Below are positions 9,987 to 18,065 of a DNA stretch of 64,000 nucleotides, piece after piece. Both the position numbers and the translations under genes were made by a program. Below the pieces are notes generated by a model. That model saw nothing but the letters and a program-made list of their open reading frames with translations, was not told the origin of the DNA and searched no databases. Positions within the stretch are counted from its first letter, which is position 1. The number at the start of each line of letters is the position of its first letter. Location of the stretch: assembly GCA_016212295.1 (NCBI GenBank), contig JACRGO010000181.1, positions 232 through 64,231 of the forward strand, given 5' to 3'. Source of the DNA: Nitrospinota bacterium. GTDB taxonomy: Bacteria; Nitrospinota; Nitrospinia; JACRGO01.

Positions 9987-10922
9987 ATGTTCAAATCAAA
10001 CTTATTCTTCCTGAGGCGGCTCTTTCCCCTTTTATTTTTTCTTTTAATTCTGTCCTGCGGCAAGGGCAAGGAGGAAGAGATACTTGGGTCCAGTTCCAAC
10101 CCCATAAAAATCTACTTCACACCCTCTATTGACGCGGGCGCCATTGCCTCGAATTCCGCTGAATTCCTCAAATTCCTCGAAGAAGAAACCAAGTATTATT
10201 TTAAGTCAGGCATCCCGTCCAGCTACATAACAGTGGTGGAGGCCCTTGGGTCCAAGAGAGCCGACGTCGCGGTCATGAACTCCTTCGGCTACCTTCTGGC
10301 GCATCAAAAATACGGGGCCGAGGCCAGGATAACCGTCATCAGGAACGGGCATAAATTCTACAAGGGACAGATCATCGCCCACATTGACAGCGGGATCAAC
10401 AAAATCGAGGACATTCAGGGCAAAAGGTTCGCGTTTACCGACTCTTCGTCAACTTCCGGCTACCTGTTCCCAATGAAAATCCTAAAGGAACACGGCGTCG
10501 AGCCTGGAAACACGGTGTTCGGCATGAAGCATGACAACGTTGTGACCATGGTTTATCAAAGGCAGGTGGACGCAGGCGCCACCTTCCACTCCCCGCCTGA
10601 TGAAAATGGAAACATCAAGGACGCCAGGTCATTGGTCCTTACCCAATTCCCGGACGCGGCGGAAAAGATAAAGATCATAGCCGTCACGGAGGACATCATG
10701 AACGACCCGTTTGTTTTCCGTAAAGACCTGCCGGGCGAGATCACGGAAAAGGTCATAGCGGCCATTTTGAAATTCATGGACACCGAGGCCGGCAAAAAGG
10801 TTTTTAAAACCATCTATGGCGTGGACGGGGTCGTGAGGTCCAGCGACGCGGATTACGACGGCCTCCGCAAGATGGTGGAGATCAACAAAATTGATCCAGC
10901 GGAACTCCTGCGGAAAAAATGA
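9987..10922 (+). CDS. phnD: phosphonate/phosphite ABC transporter substrate-binding lipoprotein (PhnD family)
   Basis: Lipoprotein signal (LLILSCGKG). PhnD-family blocks (KRFAFTDSSSTSGYLFP). Lies directly upstream of phnC and phnE. Confidence 0.8.
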   Translation: MFKSNLFFLRRLFPLLFFLLILSCGKGKEEEILGSSSNPIKIYFTPSIDAGAIASNSAEFLKFLEEETKYYFKSGIPSSYITVVEALGSKRADVAVMNSFGYLLAHQKYGAEARITVIRNGHKFYKGQIIAHIDSGINKIEDIQGKRFAFTDSSSTSGYLFPMKILKEHGVEPGNTVFGMKHDNVVTMVYQRQVDAGATFHSPPDENGNIKDARSLVLTQFPDAAEKIKIIAVTEDIMNDPFVFRKDLPGEITEKVIAAILKFMDTEAGKKVFKTIYGVDGVVRSSDADYDGLRKMVEINKIDPAELLRKK

Positions 10923-10932
10923 AAAAAATATA

Positions 10933-11010
10933 GCACGCGGATGAGGCGGATTTGCACGGATAATAAAATTGTTTTTTAAAATCCGCGTAGATCCGTGTCA
11001 TCCGTGTTCC
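10933..11010. repeat. palindromic element (family D, catccgtg arms)
   Basis: cacgcggatgaggcggattt ... aaatccgcgtagatccgtgtcatccgtg. Related copies at 14386, 23401 and 59935. Confidence 0.45.
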
Positions 11011-11026
11011 ATTTTAATTTACCCTA

Positions 11027-11785
11027 ATGCTGAAAATAGAAAATCTGAACAAAATTTACCCCAATGGATGCCAGGCCCTGAAAAACGTGGCCTTCGATGT
11101 GAAGAAGGGTGAGTTTCTCGTTATCATAGGACTCAGCGGCTCCGGCAAATCAACCCTCCTGCGCTGCATCAACAAAATCCACGAGCCTACCTCCGGCAGA
11201 ATAATTTTCGGCGGCAAGGACATTACAACGCTTAAAGGAAAACACTTGAGGGAGGCGCGTTCGGAGATAGGCATGGTCTTCCAGCATTTCAACCTTATTC
11301 CCAGAAGGACCGTCCTGACCAACGTCATGGCCGGGAACCTTGCCAGGATGGGGATCATGCGTTCCCTCATGGGACTGTATTCCGAGGGGGAGAAGAATTC
11401 CACCAGGGAGAAAATAAAGATCGTGGGCCTTGATGGAAAAGAGGACGTCAGGGCCGACAACCTGAGCGGCGGCCAGCAGCAGAGGGTGGCCATAGCCAGG
11501 GCCTTGATGCAGAATCCGTCCCTCCTTCTGGCCGATGAGCCGGTCGCCAGCCTCGACCCGGCCACGTCCCATTCCGTGATGCGTTACCTGGAAAAGATCA
11601 ACAAGGAGATGGGCATAACCGTTATCTGCAATCTGCATTTCCTTTCCCTTGTGCGCCAGTACGCGAGCCGGGTGATAGCCCTCAAGGCCGGAGAAATGGT
11701 GTTCGAGGGAAGCCCAAGCCAGATCGACGAGCAATGGTTCAAGCGCATATACGGGGAAGACGCCATGGAAGTTACTATTCATTAG
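11027..11785 (+). CDS. phnC: phosphonate ABC transporter ATP-binding protein
   Basis: Walker [13 protein letters not shown] signature [15 protein letters not shown], Walker B LLLADEP. PhnC-type N-terminus ([13 protein letters not shown]). Confidence 0.9.
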   Translation: MLKIENLNKIYPNGCQALKNVAFDVKKGEFLVIIGLSGSGKSTLLRCINKIHEPTSGRIIFGGKDITTLKGKHLREARSEIGMVFQHFNLIPRRTVLTNVMAGNLARMGIMRSLMGLYSEGEKNSTREKIKIVGLDGKEDVRADNLSGGQQQRVAIARALMQNPSLLLADEPVASLDPATSHSVMRYLEKINKEMGITVICNLHFLSLVRQYASRVIALKAGEMVFEGSPSQIDEQWFKRIYGEDAMEVTIH

Positions 11786-11827
11786 CAATTCATGTTGTTT
11801 TACGCAAAGCTCGCCAAGAACGCAAGG

Positions 11828-11908
11828 GAAATTTGAAATTTGAAATTTGAAATTTGAGATTTGAGATTTGAGATTTTAAATTTTAAATCCGAAATCCGAA
11901 ATAAAAAA
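11828..11908. repeat. tandem octamer array (aatttgaa)x4 (gatttgag)x3 plus aaatccgaaatccgaaat, family E
   Basis: Direct reading of the sequence. The track ORF starting at 11861 begins inside this array. Confidence 0.7.
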
Positions 11909-11992
11909 GAATTCAGTTCCGGCTTGTCCGGGTTGGGGAATAAAGCAATCATCTTAAATCGTATCTCATGCTTGACATGGCAACCGGAAACT

Positions 11993-13018
11993 ATGAGAAA
12001 AAGGGATTATCTTAAGGCATTTCTGCTGGACCTCTTTTTATGGTCTTACTCCATCCTGGTGTGCCACAAGGTCATTTACGAAAAAATAATCCTTGAGGTC
12101 CGCTATCCCAAGTTTTCCTGGACCCAGCCTCTCTTGGCCCTGGCCGCCGGGACCGCCCTTGCGCTGCCGCTCTTTCTTCCCCGATCCTTTTCCCTTGGCA
12201 AGAGAATAATGGGGATTTATCCAGGCGATCAGGGCCGCCCCTTGTTGAGAGAGCCTTATGGCCTTTTCTCTGTCTTCTTTCTTATCATCACCTTTTGGGC
12301 GGGCCTTCATTTCAGCCAGGTATCAGTCAAGGAATTTTTTTCCGAGAGCGGAATGGAGGGGGCTCGGAAAATTTTCGCTTCCCTGTTCCAGCCCAATTTC
12401 TCAATCTTAGGCGAATCCCTGTTCGCGGCCATTGAAACCATTTACATGGCCTTCATAGCAACCGCCTTGGCGCTGCCCCCGGCCTTTTTCCTGAGTTTTT
12501 TTTCAGCCAGGAACCTCATGGCCCAAAACAAGGTCTTGTCCTGGACCTATCTTGTCCTCCGCTTTATTTTAAACGTCACCAGGGCCATTGAGCCCCTGAT
12601 CTGGGCCATTATTTTCTCGGTCTGGGTGGGAATCGGCCCCTTCGCGGGGATGCTTGCCCTTTGCCTCCACTCCGTTTCCTCCCTGGCGAAGCTTTATTCA
12701 GAACAAATAGAAAACATCGATGAAGGTCCGCTGGAGGCCATGACCGCCACCGGGGCGCATCCTGTCCAGGTGGTCTGGTTCGGCGTGGTCCCGCAAATTG
12801 TCCTTCCTTTTTTGTCCTACACGATCTATAGGTGGGACATCAACGTCCGCATGGCCACGGTTATAGGGCTTGTGGGCGGCGGGGGCATAGGAACGCTTCT
12901 CATGCAGTACCAGGGACTCGGCAAGTGGAACGAGGTGGGCCTTATTGTTATTATAATAGCCCTGATCGTCTGGGCCATGGACTATGCCAGCGCCAAGATC
13001 AGGGAGGCGATTAAGTGA
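11993..13018 (+). CDS. phnE: phosphonate ABC transporter permease (PhnE family)
   Basis: Polytopic membrane protein with the ABC permease EAA-like loop. The ATG at 11993 (MRKRDY) is preferred because the track start at 11861 lies inside the tandem repeat. Confidence 0.8.
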   Translation: MRKRDYLKAFLLDLFLWSYSILVCHKVIYEKIILEVRYPKFSWTQPLLALAAGTALALPLFLPRSFSLGKRIMGIYPGDQGRPLLREPYGLFSVFFLIITFWAGLHFSQVSVKEFFSESGMEGARKIFASLFQPNFSILGESLFAAIETIYMAFIATALALPPAFFLSFFSARNLMAQNKVLSWTYLVLRFILNVTRAIEPLIWAIIFSVWVGIGPFAGMLALCLHSVSSLAKLYSEQIENIDEGPLEAMTATGAHPVQVVWFGVVPQIVLPFLSYTIYRWDINVRMATVIGLVGGGGIGTLLMQYQGLGKWNEVGLIVIIIALIVWAMDYASAKIREAIK

Positions 13019-13065
13019 ACTTATCGCCCTTCGGGTGAAATTTAAAGAATTAACACTGAACATCG

Positions 13066-13146
13066 AACGTCGAACGTCGAAAAAGGAAGAAAGGATTTAA
13101 CAAACTTCGATGTTGGACGTTCGACGTTCAATGTTCGATGTTCAAG
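13066..13146. repeat. palindromic array of CGAACGT/ACGTTCG heptamers
   Basis: gaacatcgaacgtcgaacgtcgaa ... ttcgatgttggacgttcgacgttcaatgttcgatgttc. Possible bidirectional terminator or regulator-binding array between phnE and the phosphatase-like gene. Confidence 0.55.
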
Positions 13147-13304
13147 TTTTTCCCTCTTTGATATTTAGTATCTCAATGGCAGTGGGGGAGAACCCTATGA
13201 TCGGAAAAATTTTGTAATTTGAGCTTTGAATTTTATTTGTAATTTGCATTTTGATATTTGGTATTTTTTTAAAATTCAACTTTTAAACAAGCGAGGAAGT
13301 TTTA

Positions 13305-14294
13305 ATGAAAAGCACGCACGTGTCCCTTAACGCAGGAAAAGCCGGATTCCTTATAGCCTTTATGTCCCTTGTCCTGGCCATTGGGGCCTGCGCCCCGACC
13401 CGGCCAGCTCTTGCCCCGGAGGAAAAGTTCAACGCCGAGGCCCATTTCCCGGAGGAATTCCAGGCAGAGCGCGCCATTCCCAACTGCAACCAGAACGTGG
13501 TGTGGCATTCCTCAATGAAGGCGGAAACCCAGGACATGGCCGCTGAAATCCATGCCCTGTACGCCGGCCTGCTTCCAAATCTTGATGACAAGGCCAAGGA
13601 AGACCTTCTGAAAAAATCGCAAAAAAGCCTATCGAAAAGGCTGATCCGGAATTTATTGATTGAAGGGAAAAGCATCAACCTGGGGGCGTTCAGGATCAAG
13701 GGTTATTGCTGGACTGACGAAAACGGAAAAAAACAGCCGCTGGTCGCTTATAGATCGGCCATAACCCCCTGGCCCAAAAGGCCGGACAGCTGCTATCGCT
13801 CCCTGCTGAAAAACGGCCATATAAAAAATATCATCAACCTGTATGACGGCTCCATTCCCCTCAAGGACCATCAAACAATGGAGAAGGAAGTGGCCAAGGA
13901 AATGGGAGTTAATTACATTGATACAACCGACCCGCAAATAAACATTCCGCCTTTCCGCGAACTGGTGGAAAAGGAGGCGGACTTCAACAATCCGGAAAAC
14001 AGGCGGAAGGCGTCGGAGAGCGTGTCGCGCATCATCAACGAATTTGTCCTGAGCTCCAATGGAGAAGCCCCGAAAGGCAATGTCTATTACCACTGCGCCG
14101 GAGGCATGCACCGCACAGGGATTATCAGCGGCGTTATACAGAGGTGCGTGAACGGCATGGACATGGAGACAATCAAGAAAAGCTATGCCCGCCACGTCGC
14201 TTACGAGAACGAGGAAGTCAAGGGCGGCTTCGAGGAATTGAACCTTCGTTTCATTCAAGAGTTTGATTGCGGACTGATCAAGCAAAACCCATAG
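13305..14294 (+). CDS. secreted lipoprotein with protein-tyrosine-phosphatase (CX5R) active-site motif; PTP-like phosphatase or cysteine phytase candidate
   Basis: Signal peptide with lipobox (LVLAIGACAP). VYYHCAGGMHRTGIISGV matches the HC-X5-R-[ST] P-loop of PTP/dual-specificity phosphatases. RBS gaggaag. Confidence 0.6.
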   Translation: MKSTHVSLNAGKAGFLIAFMSLVLAIGACAPTRPALAPEEKFNAEAHFPEEFQAERAIPNCNQNVVWHSSMKAETQDMAAEIHALYAGLLPNLDDKAKEDLLKKSQKSLSKRLIRNLLIEGKSINLGAFRIKGYCWTDENGKKQPLVAYRSAITPWPKRPDSCYRSLLKNGHIKNIINLYDGSIPLKDHQTMEKEVAKEMGVNYIDTTDPQINIPPFRELVEKEADFNNPENRRKASESVSRIINEFVLSSNGEAPKGNVYYHCAGGMHRTGIISGVIQRCVNGMDMETIKKSYARHVAYENEEVKGGFEELNLRFIQEFDCGLIKQNP

Positions 14295-14385
14295 CGCGGC
14301 ATGGACGCAGCCAAAAGGAAAACAACCCCACAAATGGCAAATCACAAAGAACATAGCTTCGCAAATTGATTAATGAAAAGGCTGG

Positions 14386-14482
14386 AACCACGAATTAACA
14401 CAAATTAACACTAATATTTCATGAAACATACTTTTTGGCCTTTAGAAGCAATTAGTGTTCATCCGTGTCCATTCGTGGTTCC
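14386..14482. repeat. family D palindromic element
   Basis: aaccacgaat ... cattcgtggtt outer arms and cacaaattaacactaat ... caattagtgttc inner arms. Confidence 0.45.
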
Positions 14483-14539
14483 TAAGCTTTTGTTTTGTGA
14501 AGAAAAACTTTGAAATTCCGATACAGTACAATCATCGAA

Positions 14540-14650
14540 TGTCCAAAACAATTCCATTGCCTTTTCCTTGTTTGCTCTTTGTAATTTTGGTTATTGAGAT
14601 TTATTTGCTATTTGGCAATTGTGATTTGGAGCTTCACAAAACTTTGTGAT
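14540..14650. repeat. AT-rich 'tttgtaatttt..atttgctatttgg' element (family F)
   Basis: Resembles one arm of the large palindrome at 33925-34072. Confidence 0.35.
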
Positions 14651-14715
14651 CTTTGTGCGCTTTGTGGTAACAATAAGTTTCATGGATTTGCAGCACAGGA
14701 AAGTGAACCCATCCC

Positions 14716-17700
14716 ATGTGGGCCGAAACCATAGAAAAACTGCTTAACGTAAGGCGCGGTGAGTGGAAAAGCGCCCTACTGATGTTTTTCTATTGCATGA
14801 ACTCCATTTCCGCCCCCTTCGTTATAGGCAAAATAGTTTCCAGCACCCTCTTTCTTAAACGGGTCGAGCCTCAATACATCCCTTATACCTACATCGGGGT
14901 CGCGGTCTTCACGTCCCTGGCGCTGTGGTTTTACACCAGGATCAGCCATCTGTTCCGGTTGGACCGCCTGATCATCGGCAGCACTGGCATATTGATAGTT
15001 ATTACCCTCGCCTTCCGGCTGGCCATAGCCGAGACCGCCGACGCCAGCTCCCTTGTGGTCCTGATAGTGATGGGCGGCCTCTATGTTTTCATTCAAATAA
15101 TGGGTTCCCTTTGCATCATCCAGTTCTGGATATTCGCCAACCATCTGTTCAGCACCAGGGAGGCTAAGCGGCTTTTCGGATTAATCGGCACTGGAGGGGT
15201 CCTTGCCAACATGCTCGGCGGAATGGCTGTCCAATGGTTCGTGGAGGACGGCGGCGTTGAAAATATGCTCTATCTTGTGGCCGGGAACCTTTTCGCGTGC
15301 ATCCTATGCGTTTTTTTCCTGGCACGGCCGGGCCATATAAGTTTCATTGAAGAGACGGGCGAACCCAGGCATCCGGCCAAGGCCGAAAAGGAAACCAGCG
15401 CCTCCAAGGGCGTTTTCTCGGATATAGTGAAATCCGATCTCCTGCTTGGAATCGCGGGAATCGTCATTATCACAAAGCTGGTAACCAACATCACGGATTA
15501 TCAGTTTAAAATGGCCATCCGCGCCACTTATGATGAAACGCAATTGGCCTACTTTTTGGGCGGCTTTTACATGTGGATAGGCAGCATAGCCAGCGCGATG
15601 CAGCTTTTGTTCACCGGACGCCTTTTGCAGAGATTCGGCATTTTATTCGCCGTCATTCTGCTTCCCGCCTGCCTGCTGGCCGCCTCCTTGGGCATTCTTC
15701 TTACCCCCTACCTCTTCTGGCCGGTTATAATGCTCAAGGCGTCCGACAGCATGTTCCGTTACTCCATTTATGACTCCACCTTCCAACTGTTCTTTCTTCC
15801 AGTGTCGCCCAAGCTCCGGTCAAGGGCCAAGTCGGCCATTGAAGGCATACTAAAACCCTCCTTCACCGGGATTGCCGGCCTCATGATCATAGGAATGAAT
15901 TATTTCCTCGATCCAGCCCAGCTCTCGTATCCTGTCTCGATTTTTCTGGTGATCTGGATTTGGCTGATAGTCCGCAACCATAAATATTATATAAGTTCAC
16001 TTGCGGACACCCTGCACCGCAGGAAAAGCTTTTCCGGCGGGACCGTCGCCACTGAGGTTGTTGACGATACCCAGGCCAACGCCCTGGTCGCGGCCCTGAA
16101 GTCGCCGGATGAAAGGTTGGTTTTGGCCATAATGGAAGTTCTGGCGGAATCGCCTCGAATCAACTTTGACGAACACGCGGCCGAGCTATTTAGCCACCCA
16201 AGCCCAAGGGTCCGCGCCGCCGCCCTGGCGCGACTCGGCAAGAGAGGGGATTCCCGTTATGCCGCCAGGATCAGCGGATTTCTTTCCGACGCGGATGAAG
16301 CCTGCCGCGCCGAGGCCATAACCGCATATTGCGCCACGGCAAGGGAAAGCGCCATGCCATTGGTGAAGGAATTCCTGAAGGGCAGGTCGCCGCTTATCAA
16401 GAGGGTGGCGCTGGCAGGCATTTTTAAATTTTGCGGCCCTGGGGGGGCATCCTTGGCCCGGGAAGAATTACAGGACATGCTCTCCTCTCCCGACCCACTG
16501 GTCCGCGAGGCCGGGGCCGAGGTCCTGCAGGAAATCAAATCCGGCCTTTTCATCGAACAGCTACAAAAACTGATCAATGATCCTGTTATAGAGGTGCAGA
16601 CGGCCGCCATCCAGGCGGCGGGTGAGCTGAAAAAACAAATTTTCCTGCCAATCCTGCTCGACAAATTGCGGAATCCCAAAACTTCCCGCGTCGCGACGGA
16701 AGCCATCTGGAAATTCGGGGGAGAAATTTGCGGTGCCTTGTCCGTGATTCTATCCGGCCAAGACAAGGACAAAGCCCTTCGTCTCGCCATTCCCAAAATT
16801 CTTTCCCGCATAGGCACGCAGGATTCCCTGGACGTTCTTTTCACGAATTTACAAACCAATGACGAGGACGTTCGCCTTAATATCCTGAAGGCAGTGAACC
16901 GTCTCCTGAAAAACAGCCTGCCCTCCGTCCTCGCGTATCCGAAGGAGCAGTTGGGGCTTCTGCTGCGCAAGGAAATTGAAAATTATTATACGCCTTTGCT
17001 GATAATTAAAGACGTGGGATTGGAAGCCGGCAATACGCTTTTGTATTTTGCCCTTCATGAGCGCATGGAAGACACAATGGCAAGGATATTCAGGATCATG
17101 GGCATTATCCACGGAGAAACCATGGAGACCATTTACATGAATATCTTTTCCAACGCTCCCAAGGCCCGCGCCAACGCCATTGAACTGCTGGACAACATCA
17201 TGGGAAGCGGCCCTGAAAAAAAGGCCCTGTTCGCCCTGCTCGAGTCCGCTGATGTTGAGACGAAACTGGAGGCCGGCAAAACTTTCTTTAACCTGGAGAA
17301 CAGGAAACCCGCTGAGTGGCTTTCGGAGCTTATGGATGACAAGGACCACGAGTGGGTGAGGGCCTGCGCCGTTAAACTTGCAGGAGACCTGAAAATGGCG
17401 GAGTTGCTGCCTGAAATCATGGACGCCTGCGGATCGAGCCGAGGCATAATCCGGGAAGCCGCGGTGTTCGCCCTATGGAAAATCGCTGGGCTTGATAAAT
17501 TGAAAGAGCTGGCGCACAATAGAAAAACTTCCGAGTTGCAAAATGAAATCAATGAATTCATACGCCGTTCAGAGCACGGAAAAAGCGCCATGATTTCCAC
17601 CCTGGAAAAAGTCCTCTTCCTGAAAAGCATAGACCTTTTCTCGCAAATTCCCGGCCAGCATTTGACCCAGGTGGCCAAGGTGGCGAAGGAAGCCGCGTTT

Positions 17701-18018
17701 GAAAAGGATGAGACCCTTATGGAGCAAGGTGAAAAAGGAGACTATCTGTACATCATCGTGGAAGGAGAGGTCAAAATTCTTATCAACGGAAAAGAAGTTG
17801 CACGGCGCGGCAAGAAGGAATGCCTGGGTGAGATGAGCATCCTGGATTCAGAGCCCCGCACCGCCACCGTGGCCGCGGCCACGGATGTCGTCCTCCTTAA
17901 GATCGATGGAGAGGATTTCTCCGATCTACTGAGTGAATACGGCGAGCTTGCCAAGGGGATCATCAGGATACTAAAGAAAAGGCTGGTGGAGGCCGAGGCC
18001 AGGTCTTCAGCAAAATAG
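14716..18018 (+). CDS. TLC/Npt-like nucleotide-transporter-type membrane domain fused to HEAT (PBS-lyase-type) repeats and a C-terminal cyclic-nucleotide-binding domain
   Basis: The N-terminal roughly 430 aa are polytopic and carry a motif (LLMFFYCMNSIS...IGKIVSSTLFL) resembling the conserved N-terminal block of the ATP/ADP translocase family. The middle has multiple HEAT-like repeats (PSPRVRAAALARLG, DPLVREAGAEVL, DPVIEVQTAAIQAAG). The C-terminus has a CAP-family cNMP-binding fold (GEMSILDSEPRTATVAAATDVVLLKIDGEDF). Confidence 0.7.
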   Translation: MWAETIEKLLNVRRGEWKSALLMFFYCMNSISAPFVIGKIVSSTLFLKRVEPQYIPYTYIGVAVFTSLALWFYTRISHLFRLDRLIIGSTGILIVITLAFRLAIAETADASSLVVLIVMGGLYVFIQIMGSLCIIQFWIFANHLFSTREAKRLFGLIGTGGVLANMLGGMAVQWFVEDGGVENMLYLVAGNLFACILCVFFLARPGHISFIEETGEPRHPAKAEKETSASKGVFSDIVKSDLLLGIAGIVIITKLVTNITDYQFKMAIRATYDETQLAYFLGGFYMWIGSIASAMQLLFTGRLLQRFGILFAVILLPACLLAASLGILLTPYLFWPVIMLKASDSMFRYSIYDSTFQLFFLPVSPKLRSRAKSAIEGILKPSFTGIAGLMIIGMNYFLDPAQLSYPVSIFLVIWIWLIVRNHKYYISSLADTLHRRKSFSGGTVATEVVDDTQANALVAALKSPDERLVLAIMEVLAESPRINFDEHAAELFSHPSPRVRAAALARLGKRGDSRYAARISGFLSDADEACRAEAITAYCATARESAMPLVKEFLKGRSPLIKRVALAGIFKFCGPGGASLAREELQDMLSSPDPLVREAGAEVLQEIKSGLFIEQLQKLINDPVIEVQTAAIQAAGELKKQIFLPILLDKLRNPKTSRVATEAIWKFGGEICGALSVILSGQDKDKALRLAIPKILSRIGTQDSLDVLFTNLQTNDEDVRLNILKAVNRLLKNSLPSVLAYPKEQLGLLLRKEIENYYTPLLIIKDVGLEAGNTLLYFALHERMEDTMARIFRIMGIIHGETMETIYMNIFSNAPKARANAIELLDNIMGSGPEKKALFALLESADVETKLEAGKTFFNLENRKPAEWLSELMDDKDHEWVRACAVKLAGDLKMAELLPEIMDACGSSRGIIREAAVFALWKIAGLDKLKELAHNRKTSELQNEINEFIRRSEHGKSAMISTLEKVLFLKSIDLFSQIPGQHLTQVAKVAKEAAFEKDETLMEQGEKGDYLYIIVEGEVKILINGKEVARRGKKECLGEMSILDSEPRTATVAAATDVVLLKIDGEDFSDLLSEYGELAKGIIRILKKRLVEAEARSSAK

Positions 18019-18065
18019 TAAACGCGTAAGAATCAAAACTTAAAATCCGAAATAAGAAACAGCAA

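Noticed and set aside
11150-11788. Minus-strand 212-aa ORF opposite phnC
   Set aside because: Antisense shadow of a conserved ABC ATPase.
11861-11992. N-terminal 44 codons of the phnE track ORF
   Set aside because: They start inside the tandem octamer array. The hydrophilic junk is followed by a plausible Met at 11993.
13653-14354. Minus-strand 233-aa ORF opposite the phosphatase-like gene
   Set aside because: Antisense. The plus-strand product has a signal peptide, RBS and catalytic motif.
16257-17678. Minus-strand ORFs (237, 166 and 181 aa) inside the 1100-aa gene
   Set aside because: Antisense shadows in a GC-rich region. Arg/Ser-rich junk translations.
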